Part shown: positions 10,372 through 20,598 of the stretch, one piece after another
How positions within the stretch are numbered: position 1 is the stretch's first letter
Layout of the letters: every line of letters starts with the position of its first letter
Source: a virus
Taxonomy: Duplodnaviria; Caudoviricetes
Virus record (IMG/VR): IMGVR_UViG_3300045970_000924
Location: 1,749-65,748 of that record
Strand: one strand, 5' to 3'
Length of the DNA stretch: 64,000 bases
The notes under the pieces: generated by a model
The model's input: only the letters and a program-made list of their open reading frames with translations
Databases searched by the model: none
What the model was told of the DNA's origin: nothing
Made by a program: the position numbers and the translations under genes

Positions 10372-10472
10372 GCCCCCAAGCCATCCCGCAGCACCCGGCG
10401 GCGCTCCCCTCCTGAGAAGGCGGGCGAGCGCCGCTGCCATTTCCAACCCCAGCAGTACCCACGAGGCACCTC

Positions 10473-10958
10473 ATGCAGCTGCACTGGCACGGCCGTGAAG
10501 GCAAGGCAGGCAAGGACAAGGGCATCCTGACCACGCACATCAACCCCGAAGTCACGGGGCCGGCGATGGTCGCCGTCAAGGACCCCAAGACCGGCGTCGA
10601 GTCGATGACGCAGAAAATCGAGGGCGGCAAGCCCGTCTTCCTGCCGCCGGCCAAGACGCTCAAGGTGCTGCCGGGCATCAACGGCTACACCCCGGAGCAG
10701 CTGTCCGAGGCCGAGTGGAAGAAGGTCTCCGCCTATCCGGCGATCAAGGCCCACCTCGACGACGGCAACCTCGAAGTGATCGAGCTGCCCGACCTCCTGA
10801 AGCTGAAGGAGCCGCAGGCGAAGGCGGCCGTCACCGAGTGCATCGACACGGCGCTGCTGGCCGCGTGGCGCCGAGCCGACAACCGCTCTCCCATCCACGA
10901 GGCGATCGACAAGCAGCTCGAGTCGATGCGCGCCCCCTCCACCAAGCCCTCCAAGTAG
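10473..10958 (+). CDS. Head-module hypothetical protein
   Basis: GAGG RBS; LPGIN motif and DNRSPIHEAIDKQLE end, typical of genes following the capsid gene. Confidence 0.65.
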   Translation: MQLHWHGREGKAGKDKGILTTHINPEVTGPAMVAVKDPKTGVESMTQKIEGGKPVFLPPAKTLKVLPGINGYTPEQLSEAEWKKVSAYPAIKAHLDDGNLEVIELPDLLKLKEPQAKAAVTECIDTALLAAWRRADNRSPIHEAIDKQLESMRAPSTKPSK

Positions 10959-10969
10959 GAGCAACGCAC

Positions 10970-11719
10970 ATGAAGAAGATCCTCTACTCCGCCCTCGGCG
11001 TCCTCGCCGCACTCGCCCTGTTCGCCCTCCCTACCTTCGACGCGCACGCGGCCGCGCCGCCCGCGCTCACCGTCGGCGGACCCACCGCCACCGGCGTCGT
11101 CTCGACCGCAGCCCCCGTGCAGACCGGCGGCGTCGACTCCACCGGCAAGGTCCGCAAGGTCCTCACCGACGCGAGCGGCCGTGCCATCGCCGGCAACGTG
11201 GACCGCACCAGCTACACCGTCGCGACCGCCGAGGCGATCGGTGCGACCGCCAAGGCCCTGGGCGCCATCGAGGCGGACGGGACCAGCGTGCTGCGGCTCC
11301 GGTACATCAAGATCTGCCTCGACTCGACTGCGCTCCAGACGGCCGCCGGCAACCGGACCCTCGTCCTCTACCCCACGACCGCGGCCAGCGCTTCCGGATC
11401 GACGGTGACGCCGGTGCCGCTGCAGTCGGGAGATGCCGCGTTCGCGGGCGTGGCCCGCACCGGAGCGCTGACCACGACCACGGCGATCGGCTCGGTGACC
11501 GCGGCCAACGCGCTCTGGCAGACCAACATCTTCATGCCGGCCGCCGCGACCACCGCGACTGCCTGCGTGGAGAAGTACTTCGGCACCGGCGACGGCGTGA
11601 AGCCTCCGACCACGAGCTCCGCGGTGACGTCCGGGCTGGCTCTCGGTGACCTGACCGGCGGCGCGGGCGGGACCGGGAACTACCTCATCACCATGACGTT
11701 CGCCGTGGAGCCGAACTAG
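10970..11719 (+). CDS. Thr/Ala-rich protein with an apparent Sec signal peptide
   Basis: AGGAG RBS; MKKILYSALGVLAALALFALPTFDAHA/AAPP N-terminus. Confidence 0.7.
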   Translation: MKKILYSALGVLAALALFALPTFDAHAAAPPALTVGGPTATGVVSTAAPVQTGGVDSTGKVRKVLTDASGRAIAGNVDRTSYTVATAEAIGATAKALGAIEADGTSVLRLRYIKICLDSTALQTAAGNRTLVLYPTTAASASGSTVTPVPLQSGDAAFAGVARTGALTTTTAIGSVTAANALWQTNIFMPAAATTATACVEKYFGTGDGVKPPTTSSAVTSGLALGDLTGGAGGTGNYLITMTFAVEPN

Positions 11720-11722
11720 GTC

Positions 11723-12055
11723 ATGGCCCCGACCCCCGCTGACGTCATCGGCATCGCGCCGGAGCTGGCCAGGCTGAACACCACCGAGGTGCAGACGGCC
11801 ATCGACGACGCGACGCTCGAGCTGAACGCGGAGGCGTGGGGTGCTCGACTGGACCGCGGGGTGAAGCTCCTCGCGGCCCACCTGCTGGCCGTGACGCACC
11901 CAGAGCTCAGCGGGCCCGGCAACCGCGCGTACACCTACGAGACGCCCACCGAGGTGTCCGCCGGGGCATACGCGCGGAGCCGGTTCGGCCTGGAGTTCTG
12001 GCGCCTGCAGGAGCGCGTGAAGAAGAGCCTGCCCTTCGCCATCGTCACAACCTGA
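11723..12055 (+). CDS. Head-tail adaptor (DUF4054-type)
   Basis: APELA, LLAAHLLAV, SRFGLEFWRL motifs. Confidence 0.8.
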   Translation: MAPTPADVIGIAPELARLNTTEVQTAIDDATLELNAEAWGARLDRGVKLLAAHLLAVTHPELSGPGNRAYTYETPTEVSAGAYARSRFGLEFWRLQERVKKSLPFAIVTT

Positions 12056-12063
12056 GGTGCTCC

Positions 12064-12597
12064 GTGAAGGTCAACGTCACCCTCGTCGACAACGACAAGG
12101 GGTGGCGAGAGCTCCAAGCAGTGCTCGCCAAGCTAGAGAACCGCACCGCCTACGCGAAGGCCGGCGTCATCGGCGCGAAGGCGCAGGCGGGCCAGCACCC
12201 GACGCCGCAGGGCAAGAACCTCTCCAACGTGGACCTCGCGGTCACGCACGAGTTCGGCGTGCCTGGGCGCATCCCGCAGCGCTCGTTCATCCGGCGCGCC
12301 TTCGACGCCAACCGGGACCGCTACATCGAGATGATGACCAAGCTGGCCCAGGCCATCTACGACCGCAAGACGAGCGTGCGGCAGGCGCTGGGGCTGATGG
12401 GTCTCCAGGCCGCCAGCGACATCCGCAACATCGTGCGGCAGGGCGCGGGTATCCCGCCGCCCAACAGCCCCGCGACCATCGAGCGCAAGGGCTCGAGCCG
12501 GCCGCTGATCGACACGGCCCAGATGATCGGCGCCGTCTCGCACGCCGTGGACCTGACCGGCACACCGGACCCCGAGGGGTTCCGCGGGGGCAAGTGA
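12064..12597 (+). CDS. Neck/virion morphogenesis protein
   Basis: HEFGVPGRIPQRSFIR and PPNSPATIERKGSSRPLIDT motifs. Confidence 0.8.
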   Translation: MKVNVTLVDNDKGWRELQAVLAKLENRTAYAKAGVIGAKAQAGQHPTPQGKNLSNVDLAVTHEFGVPGRIPQRSFIRRAFDANRDRYIEMMTKLAQAIYDRKTSVRQALGLMGLQAASDIRNIVRQGAGIPPPNSPATIERKGSSRPLIDTAQMIGAVSHAVDLTGTPDPEGFRGGK

Positions 12598-13130
12598 TGG
12601 CGATCGACTACGAGGCCGTCGAGGCGGCCATCCTCGGGTGGCTCGTCTCAGCCACAGGCCTGGACGCTGACTCCGTGCTCCTCGCCAACGACAAGTACCC
12701 GCAGCCGACGATGCCCTACGTCACGGCGAAGGTCCCGATCCCCCGCAACGCCGGCGGGCTCGACGAGCACCGCTACTCCTACGACGCCGCGCAGCCCAAC
12801 GGGAAGCAGCTGACCACCACGGTGGTGGGCCAGCGAGAGACCGTGGTCGCCGTCGAGGCGTTCACGATGGGCACGGTGGGCCGGGGCAGCGCCAGAGAGC
12901 TGCTCTCGCGCGCAGAGACGTGCATCACGCTCCCGTCGATCCAGCAGGCGCTGGAGGCGGCGGGGCTCGCGTTCGTCAACGTGGACGGGCGCGGCGACTT
13001 CACCGCGCCGCTCGGGCCTGTCGGCCAGGGCCGCGCCACCCTCGATGTGCGGTTCCGCCTCGTCGACACCGCGTCCGAGCAGGGCACCTTCATCGAGTCG
13101 GTGCCGACTCCCACTGCAGTCTGGAGCTAG
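12597..13130 (+). CDS. Tail terminator/neck protein
   Basis: Position before the sheath; PQPTMPYVT and RATLDVRF motifs. Confidence 0.7.
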   Translation: MAIDYEAVEAAILGWLVSATGLDADSVLLANDKYPQPTMPYVTAKVPIPRNAGGLDEHRYSYDAAQPNGKQLTTTVVGQRETVVAVEAFTMGTVGRGSARELLSRAETCITLPSIQQALEAAGLAFVNVDGRGDFTAPLGPVGQGRATLDVRFRLVDTASEQGTFIESVPTPTAVWS

Positions 13131-13133
13131 CCC

Positions 13134-14507
13134 ATGCCGCTTTCCGACTTCCTCAACGTCTCGATCAACCTGCAGGGCGCCAGCCCGTCGCAGCCCGGCT
13201 TTGGCGTTCCCATCATCCTCGGCAAGTGCGCGGCGTGGGGCGCGAGCACCGACCGCATCCGCTACTACTCGGGCATCGCTGGCCTCACCTCCGACGGGTT
13301 CGTGACGACCGATCCCGAGTACCTCGCGGCCTCGGCGCTCTTCAGCCAGAACCCCGCGCCGTCCTCCATCGCCCTCGGCAAGCGCGCCACCGCGAACCTG
13401 CCCACGATGAAGGTGGTCTTCACCGTCGTCCAGGCGGTGGTCGGCAAGGTCTACAGCGTGGTCGTCAACGGCGTGGTGAAGAGCTTCACCGCCGTCGACA
13501 CCGTGCCGGCCAATGTCGCCATCGGCCTCGCCACGGCCATCGGCACGCCGACCGGGTTCGGCGCTGCGGTCGCCGCGACCAACACCGTCACCTGCACCGC
13601 CTCGGTCGCGGGCAACTGGGGACGGTTCGCGATCAACACCGCGCTCACCACGCCCAACACCGACCTTGACTGCCAGCAGACCCACGTCGACGCGGGGATC
13701 GTAACCGATGCCGCGGCCATCGCGACGATCGACTCCACCTGGTACGCGATCCTCTCGGTGTGGAACAGCAACGCTGAGGTCGCCGCGCTCGCCGGGTGGG
13801 CCGAGACGAACAACAAGCTCTACCTCGCCGACACGCAGGACTCGACCGTCCTCGGCTCGGGCACCGGCGACATCGCCAGCACGCTCAAGGCGAGCCTCTA
13901 CGTCAACACGGCCGTGCTCTACAACCCGGACAACGGCGTCTTCGCCGCTGCGGCCTGGGCTGGTGCGCGGCTCCCCACACAGCCGGGCAGCGAGACGTGG
14001 AAGTTCGTCACCCTCGCGGGTGTCCCGGTCGTCACGCTGACGGCGACCCAGATCACCAACCTCACCACCAAGCGGTGCAACTACTACTACTCGGTGGCGG
14101 GCATCGGCATGACGGCCGAGGGCATCACCCCGAGCGGCCAGTTCCTCGACGTCGTGCGCGGCCGCGCCTGGATGGTGGCGACGATCCAGACGGACGTCTT
14201 CACCGTGCTGACCTCACCGCCCTCGGGCGCGAACCCGGCGAACCCCGCGGGCTCGAGCCTGCTGACGAAGGTGCCGTTCACCGACACCGGGATCGCTGTG
14301 GTCGAGAACGCCCTGCGCGGTTCGCTGGCCAAGGGCGTGGCGGCTGGGCTGCTGGCCTCGAGCCCCGCGCCCTACGTCTCGGTCCCGAAGGCGGCGAGCG
14401 TCTCCACCGCCAACAAGACCAACCGCAAGCTCTCGCCCATCACCTGGGGCGCGACCATCGCGGGCGCGGTCCACTCCGTCGACATCACCGGCTCGCTCAC
14501 GTTCTAA
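13134..14507 (+). CDS. Tail sheath protein (DUF3383-type)
   Basis: PEYLAASALFSQNPAP, PGSETWKFVTLAGV, KVPFTDTGI, AGAVHSVDITG. Confidence 0.9.
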   Translation: MPLSDFLNVSINLQGASPSQPGFGVPIILGKCAAWGASTDRIRYYSGIAGLTSDGFVTTDPEYLAASALFSQNPAPSSIALGKRATANLPTMKVVFTVVQAVVGKVYSVVVNGVVKSFTAVDTVPANVAIGLATAIGTPTGFGAAVAATNTVTCTASVAGNWGRFAINTALTTPNTDLDCQQTHVDAGIVTDAAAIATIDSTWYAILSVWNSNAEVAALAGWAETNNKLYLADTQDSTVLGSGTGDIASTLKASLYVNTAVLYNPDNGVFAAAAWAGARLPTQPGSETWKFVTLAGVPVVTLTATQITNLTTKRCNYYYSVAGIGMTAEGITPSGQFLDVVRGRAWMVATIQTDVFTVLTSPPSGANPANPAGSSLLTKVPFTDTGIAVVENALRGSLAKGVAAGLLASSPAPYVSVPKAASVSTANKTNRKLSPITWGATIAGAVHSVDITGSLTF

Positions 14508-14519
14508 CGAGGAACGCCA

Positions 14520-14948
14520 ATGCCTACGTATGACCCCAACAAGGTGGCCGTGGTGTTCAACGGCCACCAGTGCCACGGATTCGTCAAGGGCACCTTCGTC
14601 AAGGTGTCCCGGCACGAGGACGCGTTCAAGCTCCAGGTCGGCGCCGACGGCGAGGATGCCCGCGTGCGCAACCGGGACCGCTCGGGCCAGGTCGAGGTGA
14701 CGCTGCAGCAGACCTCGATCTCCAACGATGTCCTCTCCGGGATGGCGGTGCTCGATGAGACCGCCTCGGGCGGCTACGGCTCGCTGATGATCAAGGACAT
14801 CCAGGGCACCACGCTCTGCACCGCGGCGCGCGCCTGGATCAAGAAGATGGCCGACGAGGACCTTGGCGCCGAGCTCGGCCAGCGCACCTGGATCATCGAG
14901 ACCGGCAACCTCGCGATGTTCGTCGGCGGCAACCCCACCGATTCGTAG
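14520..14948 (+). CDS. Tail tube protein (DUF3277-type)
   Basis: TYDPNKV, VGADGE, TLQQTSISN motifs; follows the sheath. Confidence 0.85.
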   Translation: MPTYDPNKVAVVFNGHQCHGFVKGTFVKVSRHEDAFKLQVGADGEDARVRNRDRSGQVEVTLQQTSISNDVLSGMAVLDETASGGYGSLMIKDIQGTTLCTAARAWIKKMADEDLGAELGQRTWIIETGNLAMFVGGNPTDS

Positions 14949-14997
14949 TGTACCCCGGGCGGTCCCGTGAGGGACCGCCCAAGCACCGGAGTACCGG

Positions 14998-15432
14998 ATG
15001 GCGCTGCAGACGGTGGAGAAGGAGATCGGCGGCAGGGTCTACGCGGCCACGCAGCTGCCGGCGATGCGGTCGCTGAAGCTGCTCGCGCGGCTCGGCAAGG
15101 TGGCGGCGCCAGCGCTCGCGGCCGGGCTGGACTCGGACATGGGCAAGGCTGCCGGGCTCCTCTTCGAGAAGCTCGACGACAGCGAGGTGGAGCACCTGAT
15201 CAAGGCGCTGCTCGAGCCGATGCTCGTCACCGATGGCGACACCCAGCGGCCGGTGCTGACGGGGTTCGACGCGGCGTATGCGGGCGATCGGCTGCCGGAG
15301 GTGTTCTCGCTGATCCGGTTCGCGCTGGAGGTGCAGTACGGCCCTACGCTCGCCGCGCTGGGCCCGCTGCTCGCCGCCCAGACGCGGCAGCAAGGCCCGG
15401 CGGGCGCGGCCCCCAAGCAGCCCGAGGCATAG
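14998..15432 (+). CDS. Tail assembly chaperone
   Basis: Position after the tube gene; GGAG RBS; a -1 frame extension runs to 15593. Confidence 0.7.
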   Translation: MALQTVEKEIGGRVYAATQLPAMRSLKLLARLGKVAAPALAAGLDSDMGKAAGLLFEKLDDSEVEHLIKALLEPMLVTDGDTQRPVLTGFDAAYAGDRLPEVFSLIRFALEVQYGPTLAALGPLLAAQTRQQGPAGAAPKQPEA

Positions 15433-15620
15433 CGCTACCCGAGGAAGCTCAGGCGATCTGGCCCGCCCTGCGGCTCTGGGAGGCGGGCAAGGCGTCGCTG
15501 TCGGAGCTCGAGATGATGTCGATCGACGACTGCGCTCTCTTGAACTCGGTGCTGGACGTGGTGAACGCCGCGCGCGCGGGGTCCACCAAGTAATACCCAA
15601 ACCCAATCCCGAGGTGTTCG

Positions 15621-16238
15621 ATGCGCGCCCGCCCGCTCGCCGAACGCTTCTGGGAGAAGGTCAGCCGGAGCCAGCCAACCGAGTGTTGGTCCTGGCTTGG
15701 GGCAAGGAACCGAGACGGCTACGGCCACATCCTGGGCGATCGCGGCGACGGGACGGGTGCCAGGACGATCGCGGCTACTCACGTGGCGTGGTTCCTTGCG
15801 CACGGAGAGTGGCCCGCGCGAGGGCTCGAGGTCTGCCACACCTGCGACAATCCTCCCTGCCAGAACCCGGCCCACCTCTTCCTCGGCACGCACCGGCAGA
15901 ACATGGCCGACGCGGCAGCAAAGAAGCGGATGCCTCACGGGGACAATGCCACCGCTAAACGCTTTCCCCGCAAGCGTGTGCGAGGAGAAGAGCACCCACG
16001 ACGGCGGCACCCAGAGAAGTTCCAAAGGGGCGCCGCCCATCGATGGGCCAAGCTCTCCGGCGAGCAGGTCATAGAGATTCGTCGCCGGATTGCGGATGCG
16101 AAGTCGGCCTTCGGAATCAAGTCACTGCTCGCGCGCGAATACGGCATCAGCCACTCCGGGATCTGCCAGATCGCCAGCGGGCGCTCCTGGAAACACATTC
16201 TCCCGGTCGTGCCATGGGCCACCGAGAAGGCAGCGTAA
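15621..16238 (+). CDS. HNH homing endonuclease
   Basis: RFWEKV...CWSWLG...GYG...[21 protein letters not shown]-terminal HTH (LAREYGIS); inserted between chaperone and tape measure. Confidence 0.9.
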   Translation: MRARPLAERFWEKVSRSQPTECWSWLGARNRDGYGHILGDRGDGTGARTIAATHVAWFLAHGEWPARGLEVCHTCDNPPCQNPAHLFLGTHRQNMADAAAKKRMPHGDNATAKRFPRKRVRGEEHPRRRHPEKFQRGAAHRWAKLSGEQVIEIRRRIADAKSAFGIKSLLAREYGISHSGICQIASGRSWKHILPVVPWATEKAA

Positions 16239-16241
16239 GTT

Positions 16242-17783
16242 ATGGTAATCCGGGAACTTCTGGCGCGTCTTGGGCTCTCCGTCGACTCCGCGTCGTTCAA
16301 GGCCGCCGGCTCCGCCATGTCCGGCGTCATGGAGGGCTTCGCCAAGCTGAAGGTCTACGGCGAGATGGCCAACGGCGCCCTCAAGGCGATGGTGGTCAAT
16401 CTCGCCGGCAACGCGAAGGAGCTGGACCAGTTCTCGCGCCGCACGGGCATCTCCACGGACACGATCCAGGAGATGGGCCACGCGGCTGCAGTCGCAGGCG
16501 TGAGCAGCGACGCGTTCCTCGCCGGGCTCTCGACGCTGGCCACGGGCGTGACCCAGGCAGCGCTCGGGGGCGGCTCGGCGGCAGAGGCCTTCTACCGGCT
16601 CGGGATCAACTTCCGCGACGCGGGCGGCAAGGCCAAGCCGCTCGAGGCCCTGATCGGCGAGGTGGCCGACAAGGTCTCGACGCTTCCGGACAGCCTCCAG
16701 AAGAGCCGCGTCATGGTGCAGCTCTTCGGGGAGTCGGGCGCGAAGATGCTCGGGCTCTTCAACCAAGGAGCGCCGGGGATTGCCCGGGCCGCGGCCGAGG
16801 CGCACAAGCTCGGCGTCGTCCTCGACACGAAGCTGATCAAGGCCGGCGTCGCGATGGACGACGAGATCAAGAAGATGCTCGCCTCCATCGTCGGCGTGAA
16901 GAACTCGATCGCCGCCAGCCTGCTGCCCGAGGTGATGCGCGGGGTGCGCGCCTTCCGCGACTGGATGGCGGTGCATCGCCAGTGGATCGCGCTGCGATTG
17001 CACCAAGCCTTCAACATCGTGGCGCAGGTGCTCCACGGGCTAGGGAAGTCGCTGGAGTGGATTGTCGGGCTCCTGCAAAGGTTCTGGAACATGGGCGCCG
17101 CCGCGAAGGCGATTCTCTTGGGCCTCGGGGCGGCGGTGCTCTACGCGACTGCGCCATGGACGGCATTGGCCGCGGTGATCTCGTTGGTGGCTGAGGACGT
17201 CTATCTATTCTTTGCGTCTGGCGGAAAGTCGAAGACGCTCACGGGGGAGCTGGTCAAGCTCTTCAACCTGCTCAAAGAGAAGGCTGCAGCGCTCTGGGAC
17301 GGGTTCAAGAAGGACCCGTTCGGAATGCTCTACAAGTGGGCCTCGGACTTCTTCGCCTGGGTGGTGAAGGAGGCCGCAGGTCTGGGCGACCGCATCGCCA
17401 CCGCAGTCAAGGGGACGGCACCCACTGGGGGCGGAGACAGCACCAAGGCCGGAGTGGGCACATTCCTCGGGCACGGCCTGGCGCAGATGCTCGAGACGAT
17501 CCACATGCTGCCGAAGGGCACGGCGTCAGCGTTCCTCGACGAGCGGATGGACAAGCTCGAGGGCTGGGGATCAGGCAAGGAAGGCGACATCCGGGCGCTG
17601 CGCTCTACGGATGCCGGGCCTGCACCCATCACGATCAGCATCGGGGCGCTCACCCTCTCGGGCGCCGATGGCAATGGCGACCCGGTGGCATTCGCCAAGC
17701 AGCTTGCGGCCTCAGTGGGTCCGATGATCGAAGAGAAGCTGAACACGCTCCTGCGCGAGTCGCACGCCGCCGCCAACCAGTGA
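16242..17783 (+). CDS. Tape measure protein (short)
   Basis: MVIRELLARLGL start, helical Ala/Leu-rich sequence, hydrophobic central segment, position. Confidence 0.8.
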   Translation: MVIRELLARLGLSVDSASFKAAGSAMSGVMEGFAKLKVYGEMANGALKAMVVNLAGNAKELDQFSRRTGISTDTIQEMGHAAAVAGVSSDAFLAGLSTLATGVTQAALGGGSAAEAFYRLGINFRDAGGKAKPLEALIGEVADKVSTLPDSLQKSRVMVQLFGESGAKMLGLFNQGAPGIARAAAEAHKLGVVLDTKLIKAGVAMDDEIKKMLASIVGVKNSIAASLLPEVMRGVRAFRDWMAVHRQWIALRLHQAFNIVAQVLHGLGKSLEWIVGLLQRFWNMGAAAKAILLGLGAAVLYATAPWTALAAVISLVAEDVYLFFASGGKSKTLTGELVKLFNLLKEKAAALWDGFKKDPFGMLYKWASDFFAWVVKEAAGLGDRIATAVKGTAPTGGGDSTKAGVGTFLGHGLAQMLETIHMLPKGTASAFLDERMDKLEGWGSGKEGDIRALRSTDAGPAPITISIGALTLSGADGNGDPVAFAKQLAASVGPMIEEKLNTLLRESHAAANQ

Positions 17784-17793
17784 GGTCTCCCCG

Positions 17794-18543
17794 ATGGCCG
17801 TGAGCGACTACCTGGCGAACCCGACGGACATCATCCCGCAGGGCGGCAGCGCGCTGGCCGTCGCGCAGTCGATCTCGCTTGCGTTCAATGCTGGCCTGCT
17901 AGCAGAGGGGGCGCTGCGGCCCAACTTCCGGGTCCGGATCAACCCGCCAGGAGAGCAGCAGGTCATCCAGATCGACGTCACGGTCTCGGAGGTCCACTCG
18001 CTGCAGGCAGAGGTGACGCAGCACCCGGTGGAGTCGGGCGCGGACATCGCGGACCACTACCGGCCCAAGCCGGCAGAGCTGCGCATCCAGGGGATCGTCA
18101 CCGACACGCCGATCGACGGCTCGCTCGGCTTGGCGGTGACGCGGGCGCTCGCGGGGCCGATCGGGACGGCGATCGGCGCCGTGCAGGGCGTGGCGCAGAC
18201 GTTCCGTCCGAGCGTCCTGCGGACCGCGTTCGACGCGCTACGGGCCCTGCACGATAACGCCGTGCCCGTCCAGATCTTCACGCCCTACAAGACCTACGTG
18301 AACATGCTGATGACCGATCTCCAGGTCACCCGCGACAGGGCCGGAGGGGAGGCGCTCTACTTCACATCGACCTTCCGCGAGGTCTTCCTCGCTAGCTCGA
18401 GCACCACGAGCATCAACGTGCCTCCGGCGAATCAGGTGCCCATCGACATGGGCACGCAGACCGGCAAGACGGCGCCGGACAAGCTCGCCAAGCAGAGCGT
18501 CGCCTACGCAGGCGCCAAGCAGTTCGGATGGGTCAAGCCATGA
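17794..18543 (+). CDS. Baseplate/tube initiator protein
   Basis: EVHSLQAEVTQHPVESGADIADH and YVNMLMTDL motifs. Confidence 0.75.
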   Translation: MAVSDYLANPTDIIPQGGSALAVAQSISLAFNAGLLAEGALRPNFRVRINPPGEQQVIQIDVTVSEVHSLQAEVTQHPVESGADIADHYRPKPAELRIQGIVTDTPIDGSLGLAVTRALAGPIGTAIGAVQGVAQTFRPSVLRTAFDALRALHDNAVPVQIFTPYKTYVNMLMTDLQVTRDRAGGEALYFTSTFREVFLASSSTTSINVPPANQVPIDMGTQTGKTAPDKLAKQSVAYAGAKQFGWVKP

Positions 18544-18568
18544 GCGCCGGGCGCGCACGGAGTCCATA

Positions 18569-18898
18569 GTGGCCACCATCGTCATCCCGACCCGCACCGA
18601 CGGGACGCAACTCTACTCGATGCGGATGACCCTGGGCGGCGTGGGCTTCACGCTCGGCCTCCAGTGGAACGACCGCGACGCCTCCTGGTCGCTGGCGATC
18701 TCCGACTCGAGCGGAGCGCTGCTGCTGGTCAAGAAGGTCACCGTGGGCACGCCGCTCACGAAGAACTACGCCACCGCCACCCTCCCCTCCGGCGAGTTCA
18801 TCGCGATCGATACCTCGGGCGCAGACATCGACCCCGGCCTGACCGACCTCGGCTCGCGCGTGCTGCTCACGTTCACCGACGCTGCGGACCTACCGTGA
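18569..18898 (+). CDS. Small baseplate plug-like protein
   Basis: LQWNDRDASWSLAISD motif; synteny. Confidence 0.65.
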   Translation: MATIVIPTRTDGTQLYSMRMTLGGVGFTLGLQWNDRDASWSLAISDSSGALLLVKKVTVGTPLTKNYATATLPSGEFIAIDTSGADIDPGLTDLGSRVLLTFTDAADLP

Positions 18899-19881
18899 GC
18901 GGGGCGCGGCTCTGGCGCCGACGCGCGCGCCTGCTGGTGCAGTTGAAGGGTGAGCCAGTCCCTCTTTCTGTGAACCTCGGGCCTGGAGATGTGACGGGCA
19001 CCATCGGGGTATCGGACGGGTTCGTGCTCGCGCAGAAGTTCGACGGACTGCACATGCGCTTCCGCGCGGAGAAGCACTCCCTCGGGCAGCCGAACACCCT
19101 GGACCTCGAGGTGTTCAACATCGCGGCCAGCACCCGGAAGAAGCTGCAGACCTCGCAGGCGTGGGTGCAGCTGCTCGCGGGGTACGAGAGCGACGGAGAG
19201 AACCTGCCGCTGGTCTTCCAGGGAAACGCGCGGACGATCGACCACATCCGCAACGGGGCCGACTGGATCACGCGCATCCAGTGCGGCGACGGGGAGAACG
19301 GCTACCGATTCGGCGTGGCCTCGCTCAACTTCCAGGCGGGCACCCGGGCATCGGAGATCGCGATCGCCCTCGCGCAGCAGGTGCAGCTCGCCGAGAAGAA
19401 CCCAGACACCAACAGCAGCCGCCTGGACATCAGCGACTTCAAGCGGCGGGCCCCGACGCTCGACTATCCGCAGGCCGTCTACGTGAACGGGCACGCGGCT
19501 TGGGGCAACGCCTTCGCGGAACTCCAGAAGGTCGTCGGCTCCAAGTACGAGCTGTCGATCCAGGACGGCGCACTGCGCTGCCTCAAGGCCACCGAGGGCG
19601 TACTGACCACGCTGCTCATCTCGCCCAAGACGGGGATGATCGGCTCGCCCGAGCACGGCACTCCGCCCAACCCGGGCCTGCCGTCGGTGCTCCGAGTTCG
19701 CTGCTTGATGGACCAGCGCATCCGGCCGGGCGACATCATCGCGATCGAGTCGCAGGCGGTCGAGAAGGCGGGCTACCGCGTGATGCGGGTGATCCACAGC
19801 GGAGACCTCGGCGGCAACGACTGGCAGTCCGAGATCGAGGCGCTGCCGGCCACCCTCACCACGGCTCAAATCCTCCAATGA
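18895..19881 (+). CDS. Baseplate hub protein
   Basis: PNTLDLEVFN, LLAGYE, SIQDGAL, TGMIGSP, HSGDLGGNDW motifs. Confidence 0.8.
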   Translation: MSGARLWRRRARLLVQLKGEPVPLSVNLGPGDVTGTIGVSDGFVLAQKFDGLHMRFRAEKHSLGQPNTLDLEVFNIAASTRKKLQTSQAWVQLLAGYESDGENLPLVFQGNARTIDHIRNGADWITRIQCGDGENGYRFGVASLNFQAGTRASEIAIALAQQVQLAEKNPDTNSSRLDISDFKRRAPTLDYPQAVYVNGHAAWGNAFAELQKVVGSKYELSIQDGALRCLKATEGVLTTLLISPKTGMIGSPEHGTPPNPGLPSVLRVRCLMDQRIRPGDIIAIESQAVEKAGYRVMRVIHSGDLGGNDWQSEIEALPATLTTAQILQ

Positions 19882-20591
19882 CCACTCCCCGCACACCGAC
19901 GCTCGCAGAGGTCATCAGGGTGGCGCTGGAGCGGCGCGTCTCCGACCTCTTCGTCTCGATGCCGGGGAGGGTGCAGACCTACTACCCCGCCACGCAGACG
20001 GCAGACGTGCTGCCTCTCTTGCGGAAGACGCGGCCGAACCCAAGCCCCGGGCCAGACGACGCGGACGACGTCGCGGTGCCGCTGCCGGTGCTGGTGGGCG
20101 TGCCGGTGGTGTTCCCAGGCTCGGGGGCATGGAGGCTGACGTTCCCGGTCTCGGCTGGGGATGAGGTGCTGCTGGTCTGGTCCGACCGCTCGCTGGACTC
20201 GTGGAAGAGCAACGGCGCCGAGGGCGACCCGGGCGGCGGCAACCACAGCCTGGGAGACGCGGTGGCGCTGGTGGGGCTGGTGGCGCCGGGCGTGCCCCGA
20301 GCGGCCACGGCGACCGACCGGCTGAGCCTCGGGCAGGACGGCGGGACGGCGGTGGAGGTACTGCCCGCCCGCATCAACCTGGGCGTGGGGGCCTCGCAGG
20401 CGCTGGTGCTTGGAGGGTCATTCTCGACGCACATGACCGCTCTGGCGACGGCCCTCCAGGCGCTCCAGACGGCGATCACCCCGCTGATGCTCCCGCCAGC
20501 AGCTGCAGCAGCAAAGGCCGCCGCGTTGGCCGCCTACAACGCAGCGACGCAGCTCGCGAACGACATCAGCTCCAACAACTTCACCACCTGA
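19878..20591 (+). CDS. Baseplate spike protein (Gp138 N-terminal OB-fold type)
   Basis: SMPGRV, VPVVFPGSG, FPVSAGDEVLLVWSDRSLDSW, HSLGDAV. Confidence 0.8.
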   Translation: MTTPRTPTLAEVIRVALERRVSDLFVSMPGRVQTYYPATQTADVLPLLRKTRPNPSPGPDDADDVAVPLPVLVGVPVVFPGSGAWRLTFPVSAGDEVLLVWSDRSLDSWKSNGAEGDPGGGNHSLGDAVALVGLVAPGVPRAATATDRLSLGQDGGTAVEVLPARINLGVGASQALVLGGSFSTHMTALATALQALQTAITPLMLPPAAAAAKAAALAAYNAATQLANDISSNNFTT

Positions 20592-20598
20592 GGCACCG

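Noticed and set aside
14956-14980. Rho-independent terminator after the tube gene
   Set aside because: A perfect hairpin (GGGCGGTCCC-GTGA-GGGACCGCCC) but with no U-tract; more likely an mRNA stability or processing element.
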